The notes under the pieces: model-generated
What the model was told of the DNA's origin: nothing
What the model saw: the letters and a program-made list of their open reading frames with translations, nothing else
The model's database searches: none
Position numbers and translations under genes: made by a program
Shown: positions 37,195-50,297 of the stretch, one piece after another
Position numbering within the stretch: the stretch's first letter is position 1
How the letters are laid out: each line of letters opens with the position of its first letter
Assembly (NCBI RefSeq): GCF_000315625.1
Contig: NW_005434649.1
Span: 62,001 to 126,000 of the forward strand
Length of the DNA stretch: 64,000 bases
Direction: 5' to 3'
DNA from: Guillardia theta CCMP2712
Taxonomy: Eukaryota; Protista; Cryptophyta

Positions 37195-37642
37195 TCTAGG
37201 CCGCGCCGGGCCCCCTGCCGGGCCCCAGGCCGGGCCCGGCGGGCGCCGGCGCGGCCGGCACCCGGGTCCAGGGCCCGGCGGGCAGCGGCGGCGGCGCCTG
37301 GCAGGCTGGAAGTAATGGTAACGCCGGGTTTCCGAGCCAGAATCATGGCAAGTAAACCATGTTTTTTAGTCATCAGGAAGTTCAACTAGTACGTTCAAAC
37401 GAGTTCGGACCGCTGCTGCCGATCTCGCGTCACAGTGTCACCGGGTTACAAGCCAACGGTTCACGGCACGGTTCCGGGCCGCGCCCGGCGAGTCCCCCCG
37501 GGCCCGGGCGGTCACCGGTGGCCGGGCCCGGGCTCGGGGCGGCCTGAACAGTGACGGCCCGCCGGTCAGGGTGAGTCGGACTCCGGGAGGCTCGGAGCCT
37601 GGCGGCGGCCGCCGGGCCGCGGGCCGGGCGGGGGCCGCCGGT
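37195..37642. other. Very GC-rich island (GGCCCGG/CCGGGCC clusters) in a divergent intergenic region
   Basis: Two blocks (37198-37302, 37470-37641) of nearly pure G/C. Similar short blocks occur at 21638-21680 and 28031-28048. Confidence 0.7.
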
Positions 37643-38392
37643 TTACTGGAACTCTTTAGTTGTACCAGAACGATGCGACCCCTCTCCCCACCCCTAACCC
37701 CTCACCCCTTGCGACAAGTACCCCCCCTCACACACCCTACCCCGCTGATTGTGCTGCTGTACCCCTATGTGCATGTTTCAGGTACCGAGCCTTCAAGGGC
37801 CGCCAGGGGGTTAACACCTTACCTCATATCTTCTGTACCCCGTTGCCCACCCTACCCTAAGACCCCCCACCCCCCCTGATTGACTTATGTCATCATGGCG
37901 GAGGAGTAAACCATTGCGAAGACAAGGGGCGAAACAAGTCAAGAAGGGAGAGGAAGCAGGAGCAGGCAGAGCCAAGGAGGACAGACTTGGAGGGAGAGGA
38001 CAGGAGGAGGAGGAGGACGAGAATGCGTGCGGCTCGTTTGAAGTTCTCAGAGGAAGAAGGGCAGGGAGCAGAAGGGAAGGGAGGTACGTAACGAGTCAGG
38101 TTGAAACATCAGGCGATGATTGTCAACCGACATGTAACAGAGAGAGGACATGTATCAAAGAAAAGCTCGAGCGACAAAGTTATGAGCACGAAGTTTACGT
38201 GATCCTCTATTTCGTGTGTATGCTTTGTCTTTCGGCTGAAATCTTTTCCATCAGGTTAGAAACCAGGCAGCACACAAATAATATCCACAAAGAAAACGGA
38301 GCGGGGAGAGCTCAGTTTCATCTTGGGTAGATATCTTCCGATTCAATCTAAAACCTCTTGAAGCGCAGCAAGCCTGAGACGTCATCCCGGCC

Positions 38393-39718
38393 ATGACGGA
38401 CGTGAGCCCACAATGCTTGCAGATCGAGGGATTGCAGTCAACAGATGACGAGGAGAGTTTTGATACTGTCGAGATACAGAGAGCCAAGAGCGCAGACACT
38501 GATGAAGGCTCTTTCTACAGTGACAACAAGTTCGTTGAAGTTGAGGCTCTTGTTCCGTTCCCGCATCCTCCTCAGCCAGAGGGGTCCATCGAGAGTGTCT
38601 TGGCAGCTTTGAAAGCGCATGGAATAAGTCCTGACTTGTCCTCGTGGTGTGACAGAGCATGCGTCATCAGGTTTGCTCTCTCCACGTCCTGCCAGCTCTG
38701 ATCCGTCCTCCATAGGTTCCTGCGCGCCGAGAACGGCAACGTGGCTAAGGTGGTGAAGAGGATGCTAGTGACGATGGAGTGGAGGAACAAGACCCATCCT
38801 GAGAACGTGGTGTGCCAAGCTTGCATCAAGAACCACCGAGCTCATGACCTCCGTCTCATCGACAGCGACCGCTACGGCAGACCCGTGCGAGCTCCATCAG
38901 CAACTTTTGACCCTCGTTGTGACGAGTGAGCACAGGTCCTGTACAACTGCTTTCGTTGCTGCGACGCAAGGGAGCCGACCGTCCTTCTTGCTCACTTCAC
39001 CCAAGAGATCGAGCGAGCCATCGCTGTCATGCAAGCGCCCGTGGAGACCATTGTGTGGATCTGCGACTTCGAGGGGTTCGGCATGCGGGATGCGATGGAC
39101 CCGAGGTTCTCAGTCTCTCTGATCAACATGTTTCAGGTCCTCCCAGTCCTGTCTTGCTCGTGTCGCTGACTTGAGCTCCTTCAGACCCACTATCCCGAGC
39201 GACTCGGAGCGATCGTCTGCCTCGATGCCCCTCGTTTGTTTTCTGGCTTGTGGTCACTAGCGAAGCGTCTCCTGTCCCCCTCCACTCAACGGAAGATTTA
39301 CTTTGCAAGGTTACTTGACATTATCCGTGTGACGTGTTGACATCTTGTGGTTCAGGGGGATGACAGCAAGAGAGCAAGTCGCTAACGCCTTGTTTCATCC
39401 CTCCACCGCCTCATGGCTCATCGCTCACATGAAGGACAACAGGGTCAAGTCAAAGGTCAGTCTGCTGCTCTCTTCGCCTCGTTTATCCCTCACGCCCATT
39501 GCTGCCGTGTACAATTGTCGTTTCCTCTAACCTCATCCCAACTCCGACTCGACTATTTCTAATCTCTCTCTTCTCTCTCTCCCCTCCTATCTCCCATCCT
39601 ATCTCTCTCTTTCCTCCTCCTCCTCCTCCTCTCTCGCTCTCTACTGCAGGTCAAGGCTGCATGGAAGCTGCCGCATAGCATGCCTCCTCCGCATAAGCAC
39701 GCCAGTCAGACCAATTGA
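38393..39718 (+). CDS. CRAL-TRIO/Sec14 lipid-binding protein
   Basis: Spliced: CDRACVIR|FLRAENGNVAKVVKRMLVTMEWR, DRYGRP|VLY, WICDFEGFG, INMFQ|THYPERLGAIVCLDAPRLFSGLWSLAKRLLSPSTQRKIYF. Stop at 39716-39718. Confidence 0.93.
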
Positions 39719-39871
39719 ATGTGGAGGTTGAGGGGGGTGGGGTACATACATCAGGGTAGGGTACTTCAGGCAATTAATTCCAGGCAATAAGAGGGTAGCT
39801 ATCGAAGTAAATGCACCACTGTCGGGGGTAGGGGATGAATCAGACGGGTGGGGTGGTCACACGTGCTGAAC

Positions 39872-41125
39872 ATGGAGGAGGCGCTGGCGTTGAGGGGGGA
39901 GGGGAGGATGGAGGAGGCGGAGAAGGCGTTGAGAGCGCTGATGAGGAAGAAGCAGTTCCTCGAGCCAGCCAAGTACGAGCTCAGCATGCTCCTTCACGCT
40001 CAGGGGAAGCATGAGGAGGCGGACGAGCTCGCTACGGAGCTGGGGTTCCTCTACCGGCTCAATGACCATGTCTTCGAGGGGGGGAGGAGCGTAAGCAGAA
40101 GAGGAGAGGCAGAGGGAAGAGCGCTGATCTACGACGATGCTGTTTCAGAAGAGATGCTGAAGAGCTTGCAGGAGGTGTTCAGCGATGACAGCGACTTCTG
40201 GTCGAAGCACGAGTACCCCACTGATTTCTTTTTTAGCTATAACGCTCCTCTTGCGGAGCCTCAACTCAGCTCGGGCAAGAGGAGACGAAACTCTGCGTCA
40301 GATGCGCCCGGAGGAGCTCTGATCCAGGCGCTGGCGCGGCGCTTCATCCGACTGGCACGACCGCTCATGGAAGGGAAGGTGGCGGCGAGCGTGGAATGGT
40401 GGGCTCACTCCAGGGAGAGCTGCTGCGCTGGACATCAGTTGCACTTTGACTTGGATGAGATCAGAGTGAGAGAGGGAGAAGGATTCCCTCACCCGCTCGT
40501 CTCTTGCGTCCTCTACCTCCATGATGGCGGCAGCCCCACACTCGTGACGGATAGCAGCATCGACAGTCCTGAGGACGAGGACGAGGACAAGGCCTCGAGC
40601 ACGAAGGGCTTCCTGTGCAGACCGAAGAGAGGACGCGTGCTGTTGTTCGATGGCGGCTTGCTACATGGTGTGTGCCCGACGTTCTTTGACGGCGCTGAGG
40701 GGACGATGGGGAAGAAGAGCACGCCTAGGACAACAATCATGCTGGGGCTGTGGGAGGAGGGGGTGAGGACGACGAGAGCAAGGGCGAAGACCAGCTTCAT
40801 GGGCCCCAACATGAGTGAAGTGAGCAAGACGTGCCGAGGAAAGTGGAGCGAGATGTGCTCAGGGGAGCCTCAGCAGGATGAGGAAAGGAAGGCTGAGCCA
40901 GTGAAGGATTTCATTCCCGTTGGTGCCCTTTGGAAGGAGGTGGGGAAGGGAAAGAGGAAGGGAAAGGGGAAGGGAGGAGGAGCAGACTTCGAGGATCTTG
41001 GCAAGTTCATGCTCAAAGGTCATCCCAAGGAGGTACGAGGACTCTGCACGGGGAAGCCGAAGGATGTACCTGGTGCTGTCACCATCATCACGAGAGAAGA
41101 GCTTGAGAAGTTGATGAAGAAGTGA
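39872..41125 (+). CDS. 2OG-Fe(II) oxygenase-like protein with short N-terminal TPR-like helices, intronless
   Basis: VEWWAHSR, GHQLHFD (HxD), HPLVSCVLYL, GSPTLVTD, PKRGRVLLFDGGLLHGV (distal His), RTTIMLGLW (2OG-binding Arg). Confidence 0.75.
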   Translation: MEEALALRGEGRMEEAEKALRALMRKKQFLEPAKYELSMLLHAQGKHEEADELATELGFLYRLNDHVFEGGRSVSRRGEAEGRALIYDDAVSEEMLKSLQEVFSDDSDFWSKHEYPTDFFFSYNAPLAEPQLSSGKRRRNSASDAPGGALIQALARRFIRLARPLMEGKVAASVEWWAHSRESCCAGHQLHFDLDEIRVREGEGFPHPLVSCVLYLHDGGSPTLVTDSSIDSPEDEDEDKASSTKGFLCRPKRGRVLLFDGGLLHGVCPTFFDGAEGTMGKKSTPRTTIMLGLWEEGVRTTRARAKTSFMGPNMSEVSKTCRGKWSEMCSGEPQQDEERKAEPVKDFIPVGALWKEVGKGKRKGKGKGGGADFEDLGKFMLKGHPKEVRGLCTGKPKDVPGAVTIITREELEKLMKK

Positions 41126-41236
41126 AGAAAAACAGCAGGGCCGTTTGCTTCCTCCTCGTTATCTCCCATTCCCCTGTCATCCTACTCCCTCTCCATGTCT
41201 GCAACTCCGTCCCCATCCATAAAGTACATCTCAGTC

Positions 41237-43463
41237 CTACTCTGCCTTCTCTCCTTCCTTCGCTTCCTCCGTCCCTCCGTGACCAGTCGCTTGCCCGCCT
41301 CCTCCAGCCGCAGCCCCGACATGTCCAGAGTCGAATCCCCCATCCGTTCCCATCGCCACCGCCATGGTCGGCACGTTCTGCTGCGGCGCCTGCATCATCG
41401 CTTGCATGTAGTACTGAGGATCGTAGCCCTCGTAGCCCGCGACCTGCTGGCACGAGACATGAGAAAGTGTGAAGAAGAAGAGGATGGGAAGTGAAGGAGG
41501 AGGAGGAAGAGGAGGCAAGGGAATAGAAATAGGACTAAGAGGGCCGCAGCATCTCACCATGCCCATGTTGCCGTAGAAGAATTGTTGAGCTGAGCTAGGC
41601 ATCATTCCTGTGTAGATCGGCTGCCCGTACGCCATGTTCTGCTGCAATCAGCGTAAGAACAGAAGCCAGCGCTCACTTCCTCCCCTCCCCTCCTTCTCCC
41701 ATACCTGTGCCAGTTGCCGCATGAAGTTCGCGTTGTTGGACATGGCTCCCGACATCTGCGACTGCGCGTAGTTGTATCCATCACCTGCTGTAAGCCTGAG
41801 ACTTCCAGCCCCACCAGACCCTCCTCCGCTGACTTGTCCCTCCCTCCCTCCCCGGCCTTCTGCCACTACACACCACTCATCATGTTGTCGACGTGCTCTT
41901 TCCGAGGACCCTTGTTGGTCTTCCCTGGGTTGTTTCCTCGTCGATGGCTGCTCGTCTCTCCTTCCCCATTGGGGTTTCGGCCCCCCTTCTGCTGTACATT
42001 GCCGTTTCCCGCCGGCTTGATTGCAATGAGGAAATGGTAGAGGAGGAGGAGGAAAAGCGAGAGGAGGAGGAGTCAAACACTACAACCGTTGGAGCAAACG
42101 GAGCATTACCTGCGCATTGGACGTGTTGAGAACGCCTTTCATGCTCGTCAGCTCGTTCTTGGCCGCCTGCGTGCAAGCATGAGGGCAGCCACGTCATCCG
42201 ATGAGAAGTTCAACCATGAGCTCGCGGTTCAGCTGCTCCATCTGCGCCTCGAAGTGCATCTTCATGTTTTCCATCTGACGCCTCGCACGTCACTCCTCTC
42301 CTCACGTGCTCAACAAAGCAGGAGGGAGGAAGTGAGGGAGGAGGTTGAGGGAGGGAGAGCAAGGAAGACAAGCAAGCAAGAATGCCGTAGCAAGAGGCAA
42401 GCAACCTGCTCGTAGACATCCTTCAAATTGTCATGTGCGTTTCCTCCATCCGCTTGCGCTCCAGCGACGGTCAGCGCAAGGCCGAAGCCGCCTGATCTTT
42501 CCTTGGCATTGGGTTTCTGCTTGCCCGCTCCTACAGAAAAGGAGAAGGACCATGAGGGCTGGATGAACCCTGGAAGGCAGCTCGTCCCACCTGGTCTCGC
42601 CGCTGAATCTTCCTCAATGCTGGGCATCTCCTCAGCGGCTGTCGAGCGTCAGGAACAGGCACGAGTTGGCAGCTTCCGTCTCACCCTTCCTCCTGCTCGA
42701 CAGGGATCTCAACATCAGGCATCTGTGACCCCACGAGTTGACCCCGATGGTCTCCAGCGCCTCCATGTTCAGCTCACTGAGTAGGTCCGACGAGACCTGG
42801 GGCAGGCAAACTCAACGTACTGGCGGCGATGAGGATTGCAGCGATCCAACATGGTGCGATGCGAACAGACCGATGTACTGCTGAAGGCCCATCTCAGTCA
42901 GCCATGCGCAGACCGACGGGTCACAAGCTGCAGGGAGCTCGTCAGGAGCAGCCACACCAAACTCATCATCACCTGGCAGCGAATCCAATTTCTTGCCCTG
43001 CACGTCGTCTTCTACGGAGTTCTCAACGGGAGATCTAGCACTGGAAGCAATCAGAGGTGGCACAGACAAGTTTCAAGCTCCTCTCGCAAGCAAACTACCT
43101 TCTCTTCGAGCTCTCCTTGGACGCTCGGGGCTTCCCCCCCGCATCATCCTTGCCAGGCAGCGCCTCACTCTCGTGCAAGTACTCGGGATCCCCTTCCCGC
43201 AGCCGTCGAGACGGCTTCACGGTCCCTGCCTGTGATGAAGAATCGTTGTTCCCGTGCGATCTGTGTCTTTCCTCACTCTCATCATCGTTCGATCCCTGAT
43301 CTGCCTTCAATCTCCCCGTGCCATCAGTGCTGTCTCTCCCTTTGCTACTCGAATGTCCTGGCCTGGAGCGCTGCTTCCCTGTGCTCGTTGGACGGCTTTG
43401 CTGGCTTGCTCCATCCTGAGGAGAAGGTGGATGGTTTGAAGCTACAGCTTGATTGGATGACAT
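41237..43463 (-). CDS. SAM-domain protein with coiled coil and Q/M/G/Y-rich C-terminus
   Basis: SVCAWLTEMGLQQYIGLFASHH|VSSDLLSELNMEALETIGVNS is a SAM pattern. A coiled-coil exon lies at ~42110-42275. Terminal exons: QQNMAYGQPIYTGMMP, YEGYDPQYYMQAMMQAPQQ. Confidence 0.7.
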
Positions 43464-43707
43464 GATTTACACCGGATCAACGAAGCATCACAGCCTGCAA
43501 GCCAGGATTAGCTAACACCAGTGTTTTCCCTTATTTTCCTTGGTCTGAATACTTCTTCTCCTTCTTCGAGATGATTTAGAGGAAAAAACTCACAATGTAT
43601 GAGCTAAAATTCTCCTCCTGCTCATTTCGTGATAGTCTTGTACGTTCCTATTTCTCCCTGCCCTCTCAATTTCCCTATATGTCCTCTTCGCATGATCATG
43701 GGCTTCC

Positions 43708-43749
43708 CTGCTACCCTGCTACCCTGCTACCCTGCTACCCTGCTACCCT
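43708..43749. repeat. (CTGCTACC)n 8-bp tandem repeat x5
   Basis: Direct reading. Confidence 0.9.
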
Positions 43750-44551
43750 CCTTCTGGAATTCATCGTATATTTCCTTAATAATCCCCTCCACTCATGATA
43801 TTATTCCTTTCCTCCATCTTCTGCATTTCCTGGTTCGCTCCCGCTCTCGTTCTCTCCGTCGATTACGCTTCCTTCAGTTCATGCTCAATTCTTGCCGTGA
43901 TCTTCTACCTCCTGAGCCTTAAATCCTCTGCCACTCTTGCTCCTTCTCATCCTCATCTTGACGTAAACATATTTCCAATCCTGCACATTCTTCATCTCGT
44001 CTTGCTCGTGCTCTCACTTCTCCCCCCCCCGCCATTGCCTCACAAGCATGGATTTCCGGTCATTCCAGTTGCTGGTATACTACCCTACCCTCGAAAATCA
44101 TCCCTTGATACCCAACCCCCTGACAACAATTCACCCCTGTACACCATACCCAAAAATCTCAAAATTCGGAAGCAGCACAGCGAAGCATATGCATTTTATC
44201 TTAGTATCTCAAAAGTAACTTTTATTACCCTTGGCTTCCCAAACCTGTGTGACCCACCCCCGCTCCTCGAAGGCAATTGATGATGACCCCTAGTCTAGTG
44301 TCAATTTCCTCCCACCCCCGGTGATTATGTACCACACGATGTACCGCCTCAGGTGCATGCAGGGGGGTGGTCTGAGAAGGTACCTACGATGGCATTGGAT
44401 TCGGAAGGGGTGGAGGCTGGTCATGAAGGGGGTACATTCAAGTCCCTACGTCTGTCAGCTATTCCTGACTCTTCATTTCGAAAGGTCAATCGTTGCGAAT
44501 TGAAGAGTCAAACGTTGTGATAAATAAACGTTTGGCTAATTACGTTCTATT

Positions 44552-44640
44552 CCCAAACTTCCCCCAAACTTTCAAACTTCACCAAAACACTCGAACCTTC
44601 AAACATTCAAAACTTTCAAACTTCCAAACTTTCAAACTTG
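44552..44640. repeat. Degenerate (TTTCAAAC)n repeat
   Basis: Repeated CAAACTT/TTCAAAC units. Confidence 0.75.
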
Positions 44641-45278
44641 ACCATCGGCACAGAACTCTCAGTCCTTCTAGTTCCGGAAGACCTTCAAAGGCTCACTGTT
44701 TTCAAATGTTTTGAAAATTAACAGAAAACTTGAAAAGATAACATCATCAAGTTTCAAATGAGTTCGGACTCTACTAAAATTCCAAAAATGATAAAATCGT
44801 ACTGTAATGACTTCTTGTGGTGGTGAGGCCGCGGCCGACGGTTGACCCAGTCAAACTTGATTACATTACCGGTCCTTCCTACTCATAATCCATTAGGAAG
44901 GGTGGGGTTAAAATGTAGCTTCAAGCACAAGTACCCTGCAAGAATGTACCCACCCTAGCTCCAGTTTGATTGTCACGGCCTCAAGTAGTGCAGCCTAGCC
45001 GCAATGATCGGACGAACAGCTTCATGCCCTCCCGAACTCAAGGGCGAAGGCTTCAAGAACACCGTCGGTAATGTCCTCCTCCTTCTCGGCCCTTCCTTCC
45101 GAGGCTCCTCCTCCCAAGTTCCTCCCGGGTCATCCTCTTCGGCTCCGCTCCCTGCCTTCAAGTCTGGGCCCTGCGACTCCTGGCTGGCAGGGTCGGAGCT
45201 CTGTCAGCGGCAGGCCCTGCCGGCCGATTGGGTTGAGATTCCTGCATGCGTAGTGATACCCGACCTATGTTGTAGTAG

Positions 45279-46508
45279 ATGCTTTCCCTCCTTTCAAGTC
45301 TTCTTCTGCCAGCTCTTTGCAGCTCCTGTCATGCTCCCCTCGCACAGGCTGTTGCCGCGGTTGCAGGCTCCTTGAGACTCACCTTTCCACCCCCCTCCCC
45401 TCCACAACCTGACCGTGTCGGCCCCTCGTTTGATGCTGGTGTACCAACCAACCCTTGCTTGTTCTACCCTGTATGTACCCTTCAATGCGGGCTTTCTCCA
45501 ATTCTGGAAATTTGCAAACTTCCCTAATCGGAGTTTCAGAAAAGTTGAAGAATCGACCGCTATCTGCTAGGACTAGGAATGTCCTCAAATCTCTGCCGCA
45601 GGAGTACAGGCAAGGGCACCTCCTCCAGCTGTCTACCCTGCCAGAAGTTCTGATCCTGTCTAAATCTAAAGGAAAGATCTTCTTCCGCTGGAGCAGGAGG
45701 ACAACGCCCCAGAAGCCGCAGAGAGGTGAAGAGATGTCAATCTCTGCTTGCACTGACTCGAACTCAAGCGGGAATGCTACCATAACGAGGCTGAAGAGTG
45801 TGAGAGAAGACGTGGAATCGACTCTGGTACTCACTCAGAGCAGTAAGTCTTGTTCTTGCGATGCTCTTACGCCCTCGGTTCGGCCCTGTTGACGTTTTGC
45901 CGCAAGTCCTCAACGAAACCTCTTCGCTGCTAGCTTCTCAGTTCAGGGGGATGACATCGAGAGAGGTGAGCGCAACTTTCTATTCCCTTCCTTCCGCTTC
46001 CACGTCTGAGTCTTCTTCAAAGCTCAAGAGCCGTGTCAAACTTTCTTTCGAGACCTACGACACATCCAAGTGATTATATGCTTGCCCCTTCTCACTTGTT
46101 CAAACCCTTGTCATGACATCAACGATGATTTTACTTATTTCTTCACAGAGATGGCGTGCTACAACCTCACGAGGTCAAAGCTGCGCTTGCCGGGCTGGGA
46201 GCAAATCTCTCCGACACACAAGTCTTGGTAAAGGGGAATGGGCAGAGGAGGGTTTGCAAAAAGGGGAAGCGGGAAGGAAGGGGACGTGCGGTACAGAACG
46301 ATGGGAATATGATTTCATTCCAGCAATATTGTGAGATGCATGGAAAGGACATGGTCCTGAGGCTGGAAGATTATGAGAGAATCGTAATGCCTCGTTTCTC
46401 TCCCTCCTCCCTTTGTTTCCCTTCTCTATTCGACCCCGCTCTCATCATAGCTGGCAGGTCATGAATGCTGTTCAAGGCAAGCCGTTCGAGGTGGAGACAG
46501 ACGCGTGA
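45279..46508 (+). CDS. EF-hand protein with N-terminal extension (start uncertain)
   Basis: Spliced ELKSRVKLSFETYDTSK|DGVLQPHEVKAALAGLGANLSDTQ...HGKDMVLRLEDYERI|VMNAVQGKPFEVETDA*: a calmodulin-like EF-hand pair. Confidence 0.65.
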
Positions 46509-46772
46509 AGCTACAAAAACGAGAAAATTAGATGCTGATTATGCCAGACCCATGGAAGTTTTGGAAGTTGACTATCAAGACCGTCAACTGTGTAACATTT
46601 TTGATAATTTCCCACCAACGATCTAGATATTGATGATAGATTTTAAACCTTTCTGATGATTGAAGGAGAAAAAGCCTGCATTATAGAAAATTGGTCTACC
46701 CAGCGGTTGTGCATGAAGTCCTTTGAACAGACTGCGCCTCCACAACTTCGTTTTATGACCTTGCTCAGGGCC

Positions 46773-48481
46773 TCAATCTTTCTGCAGGAAAGATCTGTCA
46801 CAAGACCCTTGTCAAATAATCTTGAAACCAACCTTGGTTTGAGCATCCTTGTCCCTGTAAGTCTTGCGGCTGTGTGCGACATGTAAGAGGAGGCAAGGGA
46901 AAGGGAAAAGGCGGCGCTCAAAATGAGGGAGGGAAACGAGGAGTTGTAGCTGTGACAGAGGGGCGGGCAGGGAGTTGGAGGACAAAGAGAAAGATGGAGA
47001 TGTCTCGGAGAAAACAAAACGAAAAACCTGAAATTGATGAAAAGAAGCAGAAGCTGCATATGATTGTAATCAGCACGCTCCTTGTCCTCTTCCCCACATG
47101 TCATGGTAGACTCACAGAAAAATTGAAGGCAGCGTTGAAGTAGACAGCGCCTCGTCCCTCGCAGCCTATCAAGTGCGCGGACCAGGCATGAGCAGGAGAG
47201 CAACGACGGCCGAGTTGAAGAGTTGGGGGAAGAAATTCACAGACCTTCTCCCTTGAGGACTCGAGTCTTGTAATAGTCGAGGACGAAGAAGGGCAGAGCA
47301 AGGATGAAGCTACAGCCACAACTTTACGATTTTGGAACACGCGAAAGAGGGAACAGGATGACCTGGTCTGAAATTGGATAATCTGCCCTCGGGTGATATA
47401 ACGCTTCCACCATGGCGGCGGCTGGTAGACTGATGGACCAGATATCAGAGGCAAGCGGGGCAGAGGGAGATGGGGCAAATGGAGGAGCAGGGGAGGATGT
47501 GAGGGAGAGAGGGGAGGCATTCCTGTAATGGCGAAGTAATAGTACATAAACACGTGGATCAGCGTGTTGGCAAGAAGTCCAAGCGTCTGTCATCGCACTT
47601 GATGTCTCCATATCTCGATCTATCAATGTACCTGGAGGGACTGAGAGTACTCCAACCAGTTCCAGCACATGAGCACGACGACAGCATGATGGTAGACGTG
47701 GAGGAAGTCAAGAGGTTTTCTTTTCAAGACCTGACATAGTCAAGACTGGAGCATCAGAACATCTTCTGGGTCTTGAAGGAGACTTCCCACCTTGAAGAAG
47801 GTATCGAAGAATTCGAGGTATTTGCTCAAGTAGTAGATGTAAGACCAGTAGAACAATCCCCCCTTTGCTTGCGTTCCGATCTTCTCGCAAAACATCCACT
47901 CGATCCCATCATAACTTCATGTTCGTCATAAACATTTCCATGAATTTGTCCGATTACCTGCTCCGCTTCACAAGCTCGTACGCTGCACCAAGGAACATCA
48001 CCAAGGAGAGGAGGCAGAGAATGGCATTGTGAAGCGACAGGAGAAACTTCAACGTGGGGGTGTCCTGTTGCTTTGCGCCAGGAGGGAGAGGGCCGAGGAA
48101 GAACTTCAGCCCAAAGATCCCTCCGAAGTAGAAGAGCTATAAATTTCAAGTGAGAAGACCGCAGGGTTGAAAACATCGCCCTCAAGGACAACTTTGACGC
48201 AGAATATCTCAAGTTGATCTATTCCGCACACACAAAACCTCATCTAATCAACCTTTCCCCATCAGATTTCCAACCATTCAGTGACATCTTCGTCATGAAA
48301 TCGACAACAAGCAAGGTTGGAACCACACTCCTTCGCAGCATTCAACCTTCAAAATTGCACACATCGAGCAAAACGAGCAAGAAACAGCAACATCGCACAT
48401 GTCAACATCGTTCTCCTCATGTTATTCATCAACATGTCGCCTTCTCACCTCTCCCACGATCATGAACTCCATCTCCCGCAT
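46773..48481 (-). CDS. Fatty acid elongase, ELO/GNS1/SUR4 family
   Basis: HNAILCLLSLVMF, YLSKYLEFFDTFF, FLHVYHH (HxxHH box), NTLIHVFMYYYF, WWKRYITRGQIIQF. Spliced C-terminus ...AQTK|KD* is a dilysine-type ER signal. Confidence 0.93.
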
Positions 48482-48700
48482 CGGCGCATTCTCCCAATTA
48501 AAATCCGCCATCATCCTTTAAAACTCACCAACCCCTACCTCCCTCCCCCCTTGGGATTTCTGATGAAGTAGGGGTGGGTTAAAAGTAGGAAAATCCCGAT
48601 GAAAGCGGTTCAATGAAACTACTGCGGTTGGAGATGGAGGAGGATGAGGAGGATGAAGAACATGCTGCTGCTACTGCTGCTGCTTATGGTGGTGGTGGTT

Positions 48701-48758
<58 letters not shown>

Positions 48759-48812
48759 GGAGGAGGAGGAGGAGGAGGAGGAGGAGGAGGAGGAGGAGGA
48801 GGAGGAGGAGGA
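48701..48812. repeat. Compound (GAT)n(GAG)n microsatellite
   Basis: Direct reading. Confidence 0.97.
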
Positions 48813-50297
48813 AGGGAGGAAGGAAGGGATTGACTTTCCCTCTCCCTCTCTCCACCCGTCCATCCATCTTTCCTCCCCATTCTCTTTTTATCTGCATGGT
48901 CAACATTGAGGATTGTGAAAGATGTTGCCTGATACGAAGAAGTTTAGATGAGAGATGGAGGTGTTCTCGAGTAGGAAAGAGTAGGGGAGCAAACGACGTG
49001 AGCTGCTGATTAGCACATGTCTTGATTCATCGCAGCAGTACTCAAAGATTTTTCCTTTTCTCCTTCGTCTGATACAGTTGAGATAAATGAATTTAGCTAA
49101 AAGTTACGACAGGCAGCGACGTTGGCAGCATGCAGTGACAACTGGTGATAATTAAGTAGCCCAACAGTGAGCTTGCAGATGAAGCCGGTCTTTCTTAATT
49201 GCCACTGAAGTCATCTACATCATTTCCATTCTCCTACTTCCCCGACAAGCTGCAGCAACATTCTGCTCTTAGATCCTCTGCTGTCTCTGAGAAAAACATC
49301 TCGAGTAATCGGTTCAATGTTTCCTTGCTCCTGCTGGGGACAACATGGTTATTGGATTCAAATACCTTCCTGGGTATTTCGCCAACTTGCGGAAGCTGCC
49401 AGCTTTAAAGGTTGCAGCACGTACGACTTCTGCTCCTGCTCTCTACTTCCATCCGCCTCCTCATAAACACTCCACAACATGATTGCACGCCTCCTACACC
49501 GCCATGGCTTGACCTGACCTCGTCGCAACGAGCCCGATGGAGGATTCTTTACGGGCTTGCTCCTACTCTAGACAGACCCGCTAGATGCGCCATCCTCCTC
49601 ACAGGGTCTTATGCACGCGTGTTCTCCCGGTCCTCGTTCCCCTGGTCCACCATGATCGCGCTGGCGCCGTAGTTGCGCCTGGCAGGAAGGGGGCATACCA
49701 TAAATTATGAGCCGTTCAATAAATCCCCTATGTGTTCTCGTTATTTTATTGATAAACATAGATATCTGCAGCTGCGAGATTTGTAGGAAATTGAAAGTTG
49801 TAATAAACTTCGATCGGTGGGCCACATCCTCGGCACCACTTCCTTCCATGCAGCTTCCATGAACGCGCACTGACGAAGAGGCTCCTGTTTCATGCGCACT
49901 TGTCGATCCGCATGCCGACATGCTGCTTGCACACGAGGGCATGATCACACAAGCTCTACACACTTGCAGCTCTGCTCGCATTCCTTGCTGTTCTCCTCGC
50001 GTCTGCTAACTCCATTGATCCAATCCTTCCATCCCTTCCATGCATCCTTGCTCGTCTCTGCTCTCTTTAATAATGCTGTTTCGCACCATCGAGTTTGCAA
50101 TCAACTCATTTCGCTGAAAACTTCACTCCTGTGATGCATGCCTGCTGGTTTCATCTTCGCTTGCAAGTTCTGACGGCTGCCATAGGCCAAATCCCGATGT
50201 TCACTTCATGCTACACCTGGAATAAGGGCTGAGCTGATTCAGTCTCGTCCGTCTCGTCTCTCAGTTTGCAATCATCGCATCAAGCTGCTGTGACGTC

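Noticed and set aside
44552-44640. Possible interstitial telomeric repeat
   Set aside because: The TTTCAAAC unit is degenerate and lacks the G/C runs of canonical telomere repeats.
38393-48481. Possible lipid-metabolism gene cluster (Sec14, oxygenase, elongase, nearby ABC1K)
   Set aside because: Interspersed with unrelated genes, predicted in different compartments, and no evidence of co-regulation.
49100-50130. Possible additional gene or upstream exons
   Set aside because: No consistent reading frame or motif could be assembled on either strand; left unannotated.
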